Shown here in pieces: positions 24,824 through 34,936 of a stretch of 64,000 bases of DNA. The position numbers and the translations under genes were made by a program. The stretch covers positions 186,001 to 250,000 of IMG/VR virus record IMGVR_UViG_3300011693_000001. The stretch is one strand, 5' to 3'. Every line of letters starts with the position of its first letter. Within the stretch, counting starts at the first letter, position 1. Source of the DNA: an uncultured virus (IMG/VR IMGVR_UViG_3300011693_000001). Its lineage: Duplodnaviria; Heunggongvirae; Uroviricota; Caudoviricetes. The notes under the pieces were generated by a model that did not search any database, was not told where the DNA came from, and saw only the letters and a program-made list of their open reading frames with translations.

Positions 24824-27123
24824 TAGATTTTCGGGAAACCCATGATGTTAACGTTCAAGAACAGGAGGCTTTCATAACGTGAAATGTTTGAGTTACGAAC
24901 TCGCATTTTACAAACCACGTCAATGTAACCTGCTGGGATGTTAGCTTTGTTCAACGTATACGATTGCGTTAAAGATGCACACGAGTAAGCAAACTGCGAG
25001 ACACCTTCTTTAATAAGGGAGAAACCGTTTTTACCAGTGCCGCGAATTTGCCGACCATACTCAGGCTCGGTGGCTTGAGTGGTACGGAAACCGATCACGT
25101 ACTCGATGATTTCTTCACCTTCCGAGGACAAGAAACCCGGACCTAACTGTGCGCTAAAGTCACAGGTAACTTGCAGAAGCATATCACTGGTGATTTGCAC
25201 ACGTCGGGTAGTGATGATTTCTTCCGAACCGTTTTTCTTCTCAAGATAATTGAGTTTGAAAACTGTTTCAGCAGTAAGCTGCTCACTTATCAAGCTTTCA
25301 ATCGTATAGTTTGGGTGACGGCCTGATACACGAATACCGGGGCCAGACTCCAAACTTACCGTAGGAATACGCAGCATAACATCTGGAGCATCGTGACGAT
25401 GTAGACGCAAAGATTTATGCGTCAATGTAGCATCTGTCACCATACCACGCAGGTTGGTGTTACGTGTACCTTCTGCTTTAACGTTCTCGAAGATGAAACA
25501 TTCTACTTCCAGACCGCCGGGAATAGCTCCCTGCAATACCACCTTGTTATCAACTATGTTATACAGGTCGGTGTGGATGTGTGTGCCGGAAACACTGATC
25601 CACACTTGCTCTTTAGTCTGAGGATATACAGGCAGATCAAAGAACAGTGTATCGCCATAGGTGATGAAGGTATGCGTCAGAATACGTGTCGAATAACCGT
25701 CACGTGCTGTATGTTTCAGAACCAAGATTTCAACATCAAGACCCGGATCAACTGGCTCGTTCGTTACGATTTCGTTGGTAACTTCATCGTAGGAGTAGGC
25801 ACTGTAAGATTGCAAGCCACCTCGAACAAACACAAATGTATCGTCAACTGTTTCAGGTCTGATACTTAAGGGGAAGCGCGTTCTGTTACCGTCACCCTTT
25901 TCGTTATGTGCGACAACATCAATATAAGAGCCGTTGCCCGCGACTTTAGAAAAGGCACGCAGATCAATCAACGCGCCACTCGGGATGTTTTCTGAGAACT
26001 CCAGCTCGGAACCTTGTACGTCGAAAGCGCTGCGATGCTGAGTAACAGCACCGACTGCTGTGTAGACATGGTTCACATCAGTGAATACACCGTTCGGCAG
26101 AATGTAGCGATATTCCCGATCATTACCGGTGAAGGCAACTCGATTGATCTTCAACTTACCGGGAGATACGTACAAAGTGCTGATGATATTCGCTGTTTGT
26201 TTTGGCGGTGCCCAAATAGGGCAGTTGCCTAAACCACGGGTAAGCACATAGTCTTCTGGAACATCTTTAGTCTGAGGAGGGTAACTGCACGGGTTTACAA
26301 GTACGTTATTACCGTCCAATCGTTTCCAGATACTGACTACGCTGGCAGCTGTGATACCTAGAGGTTTACCGTCCAGCTCAACGAACTCACTTTCAATTGC
26401 ATCATAACGGAGCCGACGAGTGTTCGCTAGTCCAGCGCCAGCAGCAACATGAGCAATAAGCACTTCGTTATCTTGGAAGCCTACTAGCGGAGCATCAAAG
26501 CCTACAGCCGTAGGTGTAACAGTTCCCCGATAAACTCGTGTATAGCCGGAGAATGACCACTCGAAGTTACCGGAACCATAACGGATAGCGGTTATCGGAG
26601 TAGATGAACCGTCGGTATTAACCAGACCGTTCAGAACACCTACAAGATTATGCTCCGAAGCTACAGGAGAAGGAAGACTCCAAACGAATGGTGTGACCGG
26701 AACAGAACTATAGTCGCCAATAGTAACGTTGATAACGGTCAGATTACAACGGTTGGTGGAGAGTACGCAATTTAAACGCATCCCTTCGCCCGGTAGTAAC
26801 TCAAGAGGGTTGTCGAAAAGACAACGACCGAACATAACACCACTGTCTACAAACACAGCACATTCAGTGATGGTAGTCTTTTCGGTTACTGCGTAATCTG
26901 GAATGTCGAGCACAAAACGACTGGCGTGTTCATCTAATACTTCGATGAAGCTGATTTGTCCTTGGCTGATTATTTGCCCGGACAATTTATCGTCATTGTC
27001 GTCTGTAGGTGCGGTGCCGTTACCTACCTGCCAGTTGGTCAGGTTAATAAAGACACCGCCTGCACTCGCATTGTTGGCTGCTTGTAAGCCAAGCTCAGTG
27101 ATATGCAAGCGGTTCACGGCCAT
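24823..27123 (-). CDS. Baseplate-attached tail fibre/collar protein, 766 aa
   Basis: N-terminal ITELGLQA...VGNG resembles the tail-collar fibre N-domain; three GD...F.L...V...G..Q/H repeats. Confidence 0.75.
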   Translation of the reverse strand: MAVNRLHITELGLQAANNASAGGVFINLTNWQVGNGTAPTDDNDDKLSGQIISQGQISFIEVLDEHASRFVLDIPDYAVTEKTTITECAVFVDSGVMFGRCLFDNPLELLPGEGMRLNCVLSTNRCNLTVINVTIGDYSSVPVTPFVWSLPSPVASEHNLVGVLNGLVNTDGSSTPITAIRYGSGNFEWSFSGYTRVYRGTVTPTAVGFDAPLVGFQDNEVLIAHVAAGAGLANTRRLRYDAIESEFVELDGKPLGITAASVVSIWKRLDGNNVLVNPCSYPPQTKDVPEDYVLTRGLGNCPIWAPPKQTANIISTLYVSPGKLKINRVAFTGNDREYRYILPNGVFTDVNHVYTAVGAVTQHRSAFDVQGSELEFSENIPSGALIDLRAFSKVAGNGSYIDVVAHNEKGDGNRTRFPLSIRPETVDDTFVFVRGGLQSYSAYSYDEVTNEIVTNEPVDPGLDVEILVLKHTARDGYSTRILTHTFITYGDTLFFDLPVYPQTKEQVWISVSGTHIHTDLYNIVDNKVVLQGAIPGGLEVECFIFENVKAEGTRNTNLRGMVTDATLTHKSLRLHRHDAPDVMLRIPTVSLESGPGIRVSGRHPNYTIESLISEQLTAETVFKLNYLEKKNGSEEIITTRRVQITSDMLLQVTCDFSAQLGPGFLSSEGEEIIEYVIGFRTTQATEPEYGRQIRGTGKNGFSLIKEGVSQFAYSCASLTQSYTLNKANIPAGYIDVVCKMRVRNSNISRYESLLFLNVNIMGFPKI

Positions 27124-27126
27124 GAT

Positions 27127-27354
27127 TTATACTCGCTTAGGATTGCTTACGCGGCATGCGTCGCAGAAGAAAACAGGAACATTATTAGCTGCGATGGCTG
27201 GCATCATTTTACCAGAGCACTTAGGGCAACTATCCTCACCTTCGTGACTCATAGCAGAAACACTTTCTTGTACAGGAACATTAGGCTCTACTTGTTTCGT
27301 AGGAGCGAGGGGATCGAAAATAGTTCGACCGGAAGGTAGTTCTTTCTTTGACAT
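27127..27354 (-). CDS. Small zinc-ribbon protein
   Basis: CPKC...CDAC; start reassigned to MSKKELP. Confidence 0.7.
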   Translation of the reverse strand: MSKKELPSGRTIFDPLAPTKQVEPNVPVQESVSAMSHEGEDSCPKCSGKMMPAIAANNVPVFFCDACRVSNPKRV

Positions 27355-27359
27355 TTTAT

Positions 27360-30300
27360 TTAATTCCCAAACAATACAGTCCAAGTCCTAACACCGAGGC
27401 TTGCGAAGTCCGTACGGTATAGATACCAGTTAGTGATAACGCCATTCTGCAAACGCGCAACAGTTAGAGGTCCAGTAGAAGTGCCAGCACTACCATCATC
27501 CGGCCAGCCAGCACCGTCCCAACCACCTTCCATTGAATTATCGGCTTGGATAAACCGAGCAAGACCCAAAGATGCAGGATATGCGAAGTAACCATATTTA
27601 CCGATACCGATGGTGATGGTGAATGATTGGTTACTGTTAATGGTTGGTAAGGTGTACACCAGATTATCGGTGATTGCCTGATCGTTACGAAGGCCGATAG
27701 GACCGACACCATAAACAGGAACACTCTTGTTCACTGCAATGATTTTAGTTGTTGAAACTGAACTGAAGCCTTCACTGTACGTAGCACGCAGAATAATCTG
27801 TGTATCCTGTGGAACAGTAAGTACAGAGATACTACCGATACCGTCGACAACAATAACGTCCGATCCTGTAGGCCCGCTAAGGATTTCCCAAGTGATATTC
27901 TCACTTATCAGCTGACCTTGACCGGGAATTGGTGTTTCCCCTACACGGAACAATTCTACGGTGTACGGAGTAGTCGAGTTTTCAATTACAGCATCTGGCC
28001 CGTTAATCATAATCGATGCGATATCTTCTGTACCCGCAATGATGTTAACCACCATACTGTTTGTTACTACGTAAGTTCCACAATCATACGTCGCAGTTAC
28101 AGTAACAGGCATAGCTTGCCCGTTCACGGAGTACAAGTAACCATTGGCATCGATAGCTGCAATGGAAGGATCAACGTCTATAGTCCAGTCGCTTGAAACG
28201 AGAAGTTCCTGAGCACAAGCTTCAAACACAATAGCCTGAGCATAACTAGCAACATTACCTGCTGTGAAAACAGGAGGGCCAATCAAACGGCTAGATACTG
28301 GAACATCCGGTGATCGTTCAACATAAGGCTTAACGGTTAGCACGTGACTGGCAGTAGCTTTGAAGTAACGAGCCACCACGATTACCTTAGTATCCTTATC
28401 CACGCGACGACCTTGAACCAAACCAGCTTCAAAAATATCAGCAGCTGGATCAGGATCGTTAATAGGATCAGAGGATTGCACGGTCCACACAGGAGTAACA
28501 GTTTCAATCCGCCCATCTGTATAAGACACTGTAGCCGTTAACTGAATCCGACCGCTCTCTTCTACTTCTGTTTCTCCTGAGATAAACAACTCTGAAATAG
28601 AAGCCACTTCTGGAATCAACACGATCGGTTTCGTTTGACGGTATGTACGACCACCGACGCTATAAACGGATTCCACTTCGATAATGCCAGAAGGAACGTT
28701 TCCAGAAAACAGTAATTGACCATCCGCATTTATAGTAGTGCCCGGATGTGCGTTTTTAAGATTCCAGATAGGTTCAATGTATGTCTCTTTCCCGTCGGTG
28801 TAAGAGGCTAGCGCTGAGAACTGACCTATCACATTCTCTTTAACGTTGTCCGGGCCAAGAATACGAAGAGCCTGAATGGCAATAGGCTCAGCGTAAGCAT
28901 TGACGGTCATAGAAGCCTGTCTATCTCCAGCACGGACACGAATAGTTAACTGAATCGGCGCTTCAATACTTCCTGTAACTAGAACTCCTGTTTCTGGATC
29001 AATAAAAAATCTATCGACAGTCCAGTCACCTAGAACTACGGAAGCACTACCGTCAGACCAACGAGCCACGGCAGAGTATTGCGTACGCGAATCAGCAGAT
29101 ACCTCAATCGGCCCTTGAATCTGAAGACCGATCATAGTGCGCACCAGACTGCGAACCTCTATAGCGTGATTGACTTTAAGTGTAGTTCCACGGTATTGAT
29201 AAGTGGCGGTTAATGTGGTTTCTGTATTAGATTCTACTAATCCAGCATGCACATTATTCATTTCACCGACGTAGATCAAAGGGGTACTAGATTCCCAATA
29301 AGGGTAGATATCCTTTTCCGAACCATCAGAGTAGGTAGCAATACACACAAGAGGCATAGTTGCTTTCTCGTACATATAATGCTGACCTTCAACACGAAGA
29401 CCTGTGAGAGAGATATCACTCGGCACATATTTAACGGTGATTGAACGGACAGCTTTGTAACCATCGTACTCCGCTTGCAGCTCGATTTCGCGGGTTTCGC
29501 TAGCTCCGTTAACGTACATGTCAGTGCCGCGTAACGTAACAGCTCCGTCCAACGTGGTAGCATAAACTCTGCGTAACTCGGTAGAAACACCGTTAAGCAC
29601 TCTGTATACTTTCACTTCATGTTGCTCACCGCCAGAAACGATTTCAGGAGCGTCAATGTAAATGTAGTCGATACGTTTTTGTGCACGGATACGGATAGTT
29701 TTCGAATCACTGATACCATGTGAAGTAACGGTGATTGTAACATCCGTGTCTTTATCTACATGAGCGAAGCTTACATTACCTTTCTTGTCTATGCTAACTA
29801 GATCGGGCCTGTCTGTTCCCCATGAGTCAACCAGAGTTGGAATCGTATAACCCGGATAACCTTCTGTGTCTTGAGGTGGTGTAGTTTCTCGAATCGTACT
29901 GTAGAGAACAACTCCGGGGTTATCAAACTTCACATCGAATCGGAAATCACCAGCGGCGGCAAAGTCCATACGATATAGATACCACTGACTTGTAGTGATA
30001 CCGATGGTACGTGTGATAATTATCGGGCCGAAGTCGGAACCAATATCACCATCGTCTCCCCAACTAGCGCCATCCCAACCACCCTCAAGGCGCGTATCCA
30101 AATCGGTAAAATGAGCGTAACCCATTTCAATCGGATAACACAGATAACCGTAACGAACACCATCGCCGGACACATTCAAAACGCGATCATTCGTGTCAGA
30201 TAGTTCGGTGTCTAGTGTGTTGACTTCAAGTGCTGTGTTAATGCCGATTGGTTTCATACCGTAGATTGGCAGCCTACGAACTTGACGTTCAGTCGTTTCA

Positions 30301-31076
30301 CCTTCGGAGGGAAGGCCACCATCCTTATCGGCAAAGTTTAGATTGGCCATGAAGGGAACTGATTCAGCACCCGATTCCACTTCATCCGGGCCGTTAACTT
30401 CTACGTTAACAATACCCCAATCACCGCGACCTTTAGTCACGTACTTACGTCTCTCTGGAATCACTGTACCGCTAAGATTTACGTCACCTCGGATATTAGC
30501 TATCCAATAAAAACGGCGAACAACTTGTGCGATAGGAGCCAGCTCGAAGTAAGCGTCAAGCATTCGATCTTTTCTCGTAACACCTTCAGGCAGCGCCATG
30601 TAGATATCCGAGGGGACCATTTCCATACCAAGATCGATGTGCGTGGTTTTATACCACTTACCACCATCGATGTTTAACGATTCGTAATTCCGGTTATAGA
30701 AATCACGATAGTTCTTCGTATAAAGATGCTGCACTTCAAGCATGCGACCAAGTATGAAACTGATCGCCGAATATGCACGAGGCGTGCCCATAGTCTCGTG
30801 CAATTGCGCCAGCATGTGTGTGCTGTGGCGAAGACGATGTAAGTTATGAGCAATGATATCAACCGGGAAGGTTATACCGAGTTGAAGAAGAGTTTGAGCT
30901 AGTACAACCGAATCGGAATCAGGTTTCACATCCCGAATCGTCTCCAGTTGACGTATAGGGTTGCGAATCTGCTCTTCAATCGTGTCTTGCAAGTCTTGTA
31001 GAAAATCTTCCCACATAGGCTCTTGCGAGAACACGTCCGGCTGTAGCTGATGTAGTTTCAGCTTGTTATCACTCAC
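27360..31076 (-). CDS. Baseplate wedge protein (gpI/gp7-like position) with tandem Ig-like domains, 1238 aa
   Basis: Follows the gp6/J-like gene; repeated I.GP..V.E......A.Y.DG.....W Ig-like units; two GGWDGA domains. Confidence 0.8.
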   Translation of the reverse strand: MSDNKLKLHQLQPDVFSQEPMWEDFLQDLQDTIEEQIRNPIRQLETIRDVKPDSDSVVLAQTLLQLGITFPVDIIAHNLHRLRHSTHMLAQLHETMGTPRAYSAISFILGRMLEVQHLYTKNYRDFYNRNYESLNIDGGKWYKTTHIDLGMEMVPSDIYMALPEGVTRKDRMLDAYFELAPIAQVVRRFYWIANIRGDVNLSGTVIPERRKYVTKGRGDWGIVNVEVNGPDEVESGAESVPFMANLNFADKDGGLPSEGETTERQVRRLPIYGMKPIGINTALEVNTLDTELSDTNDRVLNVSGDGVRYGYLCYPIEMGYAHFTDLDTRLEGGWDGASWGDDGDIGSDFGPIIITRTIGITTSQWYLYRMDFAAAGDFRFDVKFDNPGVVLYSTIRETTPPQDTEGYPGYTIPTLVDSWGTDRPDLVSIDKKGNVSFAHVDKDTDVTITVTSHGISDSKTIRIRAQKRIDYIYIDAPEIVSGGEQHEVKVYRVLNGVSTELRRVYATTLDGAVTLRGTDMYVNGASETREIELQAEYDGYKAVRSITVKYVPSDISLTGLRVEGQHYMYEKATMPLVCIATYSDGSEKDIYPYWESSTPLIYVGEMNNVHAGLVESNTETTLTATYQYRGTTLKVNHAIEVRSLVRTMIGLQIQGPIEVSADSRTQYSAVARWSDGSASVVLGDWTVDRFFIDPETGVLVTGSIEAPIQLTIRVRAGDRQASMTVNAYAEPIAIQALRILGPDNVKENVIGQFSALASYTDGKETYIEPIWNLKNAHPGTTINADGQLLFSGNVPSGIIEVESVYSVGGRTYRQTKPIVLIPEVASISELFISGETEVEESGRIQLTATVSYTDGRIETVTPVWTVQSSDPINDPDPAADIFEAGLVQGRRVDKDTKVIVVARYFKATASHVLTVKPYVERSPDVPVSSRLIGPPVFTAGNVASYAQAIVFEACAQELLVSSDWTIDVDPSIAAIDANGYLYSVNGQAMPVTVTATYDCGTYVVTNSMVVNIIAGTEDIASIMINGPDAVIENSTTPYTVELFRVGETPIPGQGQLISENITWEILSGPTGSDVIVVDGIGSISVLTVPQDTQIILRATYSEGFSSVSTTKIIAVNKSVPVYGVGPIGLRNDQAITDNLVYTLPTINSNQSFTITIGIGKYGYFAYPASLGLARFIQADNSMEGGWDGAGWPDDGSAGTSTGPLTVARLQNGVITNWYLYRTDFASLGVRTWTVLFGN

Positions 31077-32533
31077 AGCGCATACGCTCCTGCATTATAG
31101 GTACGCTCAGAGAATACGATATTCAGATCAGGTAGACCATCGAGCACGCAATAACGGTGAGGTGCATCAGGAATTATATCTTCTACCGGACTGATTATTT
31201 GCACGTAATCCACGCCATCCACTTTGCATGCTCCGCGAAGATCATCAAGAGCAAGACGGCGACCGAGAATACCGGGCTTCTTTTCAAAGAGCGCAAGAAT
31301 ACGCTCAATAGCTGCTAATCGAACTTCTTCTGGAATAGCTTGCTGATGAATAGCGATACGGATTCGAACGTTGACGAAGACCTTTTCAGGATTCCAACGC
31401 TGAATCACCAACATATCATGCAACTTGCCATCTAGCATTGCTGTGATATTTTCCCACGCAGCAGATTGTGGGTTAGGGTTAGCTCCACCGAAGGTATCAG
31501 TGTTCTCAGGGAGAGCAACAATACGCATCACATTCATCCAGCTAGGATCGTTCGGAGCAATATCACGTTGACCGAGAACCTTAGCGTCAGCAATGCCGGG
31601 AATAGCTTGTAGTTCCGAAACAATGTCAGGGCCACTGATCTTACGTTTGCCAGAACGGAACATACGATTGCCAAACAATTTGTAGTACAAGGCATCTTTC
31701 CGATTTGCTCCGCCGGACGCCTGACTAACGGATGTTGCTTTAATATTGGGGAAAGGTAAACAATAACCAGACAGACCTGAAACGCTGTTGTTTGCAGCGG
31801 CGCCTTTGTTTTCTACGTATCGCACTTTCAGGTAGGAAGACGTTGGAAGCACTGCGCCGAACTCACCATCACCAAAGGTAAAGGCTACGTCGCCGGAAGG
31901 TGTACTATCAACGTAGTAGATACGGTCTGTCGCACCGAACTCCCACAGAGAATCCTCAGTATCCGACCACACGGTCGAATTACCAGTAACTTTATCTTCT
32001 GTGAAGACTAGGATATCCGATGCTTGGAATCCGCTAGAGCCAAGGTTGATAATCGCATTGCGAAGATCAACAAATGTATCGAGGTCAAAGCTGGTATTCT
32101 TTACAGTTCCTTGATAAAGGTAAACGTCTAAAGATTCTCCACCAACAATCTCTATTTGTTCCCTATTGAAATAGGATTCGCTGTCTAAAACGAATTGGGA
32201 ATACGGAGGAATGTATTTCGTTTCTTTGTAAACGTTTACAAGATTCGCGGTAATCCCTGCCGGCGTATTGCGGCGAATGTTTACGCCCAACCAGCGTACA
32301 CCTGCGAAGATACTACTATCGCGGCGAGCCAGCGCGAGGAAAGCTTCACGTAAAGCCATTTCAATGTAATACTGATCGGTAACACCACAACCGGCAAACA
32401 TATCAAGGATAGTAGTACCAACCGAAGTCGGCAACATATCTTTCCAAGTACCGCGAACAGCAAGCTTTTTAGAAAGCTCATTAAAGAGCAAATCAAAGTC
32501 TGGACGGACTTTACCAATAGTAACTTGACTCAT
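31073..32533 (-). CDS. Baseplate wedge subunit (T4 gp6 / baseplate J-like)
   Basis: EAFLALARRDSSI, FTFGDGEFG, ASGGAN; follows the gp25-like gene. Confidence 0.85.
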   Translation of the reverse strand: MSQVTIGKVRPDFDLLFNELSKKLAVRGTWKDMLPTSVGTTILDMFAGCGVTDQYYIEMALREAFLALARRDSSIFAGVRWLGVNIRRNTPAGITANLVNVYKETKYIPPYSQFVLDSESYFNREQIEIVGGESLDVYLYQGTVKNTSFDLDTFVDLRNAIINLGSSGFQASDILVFTEDKVTGNSTVWSDTEDSLWEFGATDRIYYVDSTPSGDVAFTFGDGEFGAVLPTSSYLKVRYVENKGAAANNSVSGLSGYCLPFPNIKATSVSQASGGANRKDALYYKLFGNRMFRSGKRKISGPDIVSELQAIPGIADAKVLGQRDIAPNDPSWMNVMRIVALPENTDTFGGANPNPQSAAWENITAMLDGKLHDMLVIQRWNPEKVFVNVRIRIAIHQQAIPEEVRLAAIERILALFEKKPGILGRRLALDDLRGACKVDGVDYVQIISPVEDIIPDAPHRYCVLDGLPDLNIVFSERTYNAGAYAL

Positions 32534-32919
32534 GCTACACGTTCCTTGGAAAGATAGAACTTAAATGAAATCTTATTAGCGTCGAGGCCGGGCGCAGAGT
32601 ACCAAATCTCCACGTAGTACCTAGCATTGTTCCAGTCAGGAATTACTTCGACACTATTAATGATGACTCGGTTCTCCCCATTGTTCTTGAGCATGTCTTC
32701 CAGCTCAATTTCAATAGCATTAGCTGTTTGTTGATCGAATGGGTCAAACAGGTACGAAAGAATTGTTGAACCGATGCGAGGTCGGAACCATTTACTACCA
32801 ACCGGAGTATCACACAGAATCAGAATGTTTTGATTTACTGCGGATTCATCGACGAGGATAACGTAGGGAGACAATACGCCTGCCCATAAGTTTACGTCAC
32901 TATATTTTTCATCGGCCAT
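32530..32919 (-). CDS. Baseplate gp25/W-like protein
   Basis: AVNQNILIL..TPVGSKWFRPRIGS....LFDP...ENRV; start reassigned to MADEKYSD. Confidence 0.85.
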   Translation of the reverse strand: MADEKYSDVNLWAGVLSPYVILVDESAVNQNILILCDTPVGSKWFRPRIGSTILSYLFDPFDQQTANAIEIELEDMLKNNGENRVIINSVEVIPDWNNARYYVEIWYSAPGLDANKISFKFYLSKERVA

Positions 32920-32921
32920 AT

Positions 32922-33260
32922 TTATATACCAGAATACGTGGAGATACTGCCGCCTTTGCAGTGATCCCCACAACCCATACCATCCGTGATTCTCTGTTGC
33001 TGTAGCTGATCAATGTACACTGAGCGAGAACCAGCAGTAGCTACAGGAGAATGACAACCCTGATTAGGGCAGCAGTGTGGAATATATTTATCAGTAACTC
33101 GCACGATGGCGATTTGATCCACAAAGCATGTTATAGATGCGGTCGCTGCGCGCGTCGGAGGGAAGCAACCGTGACCTGTAGTAGAGTCTACACCGAGACG
33201 TACATTACCTAGACCGGCAACCGGTCCCGGTGCATCTGCCTCATGTGGTTTCCATGCCAT
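32922..33260 (-). CDS. PAAR-like spike tip (T4 gp5.4-like)
   Basis: GHGCFPPT...RVTD...HCC....H....GSRSVYID...RITD...CGD....GS. Confidence 0.88.
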   Translation of the reverse strand: MAWKPHEADAPGPVAGLGNVRLGVDSTTGHGCFPPTRAATASITCFVDQIAIVRVTDKYIPHCCPNQGCHSPVATAGSRSVYIDQLQQQRITDGMGCGDHCKGGSISTYSGI

Positions 33261-33275
33261 GATAGCACCTCAAAA

Positions 33276-33292
33276 CTGTAAAAAGATTAGCC
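33276..33292. promoter_or_regulatory. Overlapping divergent promoter-like motifs (CTGTAAAAA on +, GGCTAATCT on -)
   Basis: In the 62-bp gap between the divergent genes starting at 33260 (-) and 33323 (+). Confidence 0.45.
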
Positions 33293-33322
33293 ACATAATC
33301 AACAAAGAAGGATGCCCTTGTA

Positions 33323-33847
33323 ATGACTGTACTAGATGAGTTCACTGCGCTTGAGCTGGAGAACACAACCCCTCAAGCCCAGCAACCTAGTAAGAAAGAA
33401 AAGGCGATTCAACGTGTGAAGTCGGTTGCGATGAATGTAGTGGGGATTTTCATAGGTCTGCTTATCACGGCAGCATTGTCTACAGCGTTCTACATTCACG
33501 ATACAAATGCCTTGACCAAGAAAAGAGTGACAGACTTACGTGACTGTGAAATCAATTTCAAAGATGGCTCCCGCTTAACCGGACATAGAACCTACAGTTA
33601 CCAGTACCGAGAATTGTTTGGTTGGCGCTGGTATGATTCTTCTACCGTGATTGAACGAACAAGTATCCGTATTCTCGGAGAAGCCGTATCTATCGTAGGT
33701 GTAAACAAAGGCGATGAGAGCTGGTCACTGCATGTAGGTCAAGGTGAGGATCGTATGCAACTTGTGATCCCTGCTGAACGTTATGTTTTCATGTATGGAG
33801 ACAAACGCACAACAGCTGTAGTTGATTATCGAGAAATCTGCGAGTAA
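33323..33847 (+). CDS. Hypothetical single-pass membrane protein
   Basis: AAGGA RBS; TM VVGIFIGLLITAALSTAFY; ends at a bidirectional terminator. Confidence 0.75.
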   Translation: MTVLDEFTALELENTTPQAQQPSKKEKAIQRVKSVAMNVVGIFIGLLITAALSTAFYIHDTNALTKKRVTDLRDCEINFKDGSRLTGHRTYSYQYRELFGWRWYDSSTVIERTSIRILGEAVSIVGVNKGDESWSLHVGQGEDRMQLVIPAERYVFMYGDKRTTAVVDYREICE

Positions 33848-33874
33848 AAAGAAGGGGGCTATATGCCCCCTTTT
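33846..33874. terminator. Bidirectional intrinsic terminator
   Basis: AAGGGGGC-TATAT-GCCCCCTT between convergent genes. Confidence 0.85.
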
Positions 33875-34712
33875 ATATTGCCGGCAAGAAAGTCATATCA
33901 GGCCAAACAGGATCAACAACATCGTCCAAGTCATCTTTTGTAACGCAGTTGTAAATCTCTTCAATCTTATTGCGACGGACAGCCTCAATGGCGCCGAGAG
34001 CTGGATTAAGATGTACAGCTGCAAGAGCGTATTGCTCCAACACAGCGGAAGCCAGTTGACGTAAAGTCACTCCAGTACGCGACGACTCTTCTTTCAAGAC
34101 GGGGAAATCAGAGGCTCTGATCCCTGTATCATCTGACGGATAAGCTTTAAAGAACTTCTCCGCTTCTTCCCGTTTCACATCATACGTGCGAAGCATATGT
34201 AGGTCATCGGTTCCAACAACTAAACGTGTTGCCATAGACCTAATGAAGATGGATTCTTCACGCACGACCTCTGCTCGCATATCCTTTGCAACATCAAGCA
34301 TCTTAGCATCCAATTCTTCTTTACTAACTGGATTGCAAATCCAAACGATATCCTCATAACGAGGACCAACCGAGTAATGCTGAGATTGCGGAAAGTATCG
34401 CGTAATCACATGCGTATATTTTACACCCATCATAGTTACCCTACGTATACCTAAAGTGCAGTTATCGGCAAGGGTAATAAGCATACCGTCGCCTCCGAGT
34501 CGTTGACCGCACAACTCTATGGATTCGCCAGCACGTAAAGGAGTGGTGAACTTAACAGAAGCTGTAGTCTTATCGTTCGTGGAACTATCAGCGGCGAACT
34601 GATAGGTACGACTGCGGTTAAATATGTAGCCTGTTTTAGAAATGCGAACAGGCCAATAGTTTTTGCTTTGTTACGTGTCGCACTCTTGTAGATTTAATCC
34701 ATGTATTTTCAT
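33873..34712 (-). pseudogene. Tail-fibre-assembly-like gene with one in-frame TAA at codon 14
   Basis: ATG at 34712 (ATGA overlap with the upstream stop) is in frame with ORF 33873..34514; the only interruption is TAA at 34673-34671. Confidence 0.6.
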
Positions 34713-34936
34713 TGAAGTTGTCTGCGATTAGGGTTATCCCTGTCACGCAAGGCAATCCACAATCGAGTTTTCATCCGTGGTTTATCGTTCTCGTCGGTAG
34801 TACGAGGTTCAGATTCTTTAGTTTTCTTCTGACGCTTTTTGGCTTTTGGAAGAAGACCACGAGGGTCTTCCTCCTCTTCCCAGCGTTTCAGACGGCGACC
34901 GTCATAAAGAGGCCGCATATCTACCATCAGCTTCAT
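34709..34936 (-). CDS. Small basic hypothetical protein
   Basis: 75 aa, K/R-rich, overlaps both neighbours. Confidence 0.6.
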   Translation of the reverse strand: MKLMVDMRPLYDGRRLKRWEEEEDPRGLLPKAKKRQKKTKESEPRTTDENDKPRMKTRLWIALRDRDNPNRRQLQ

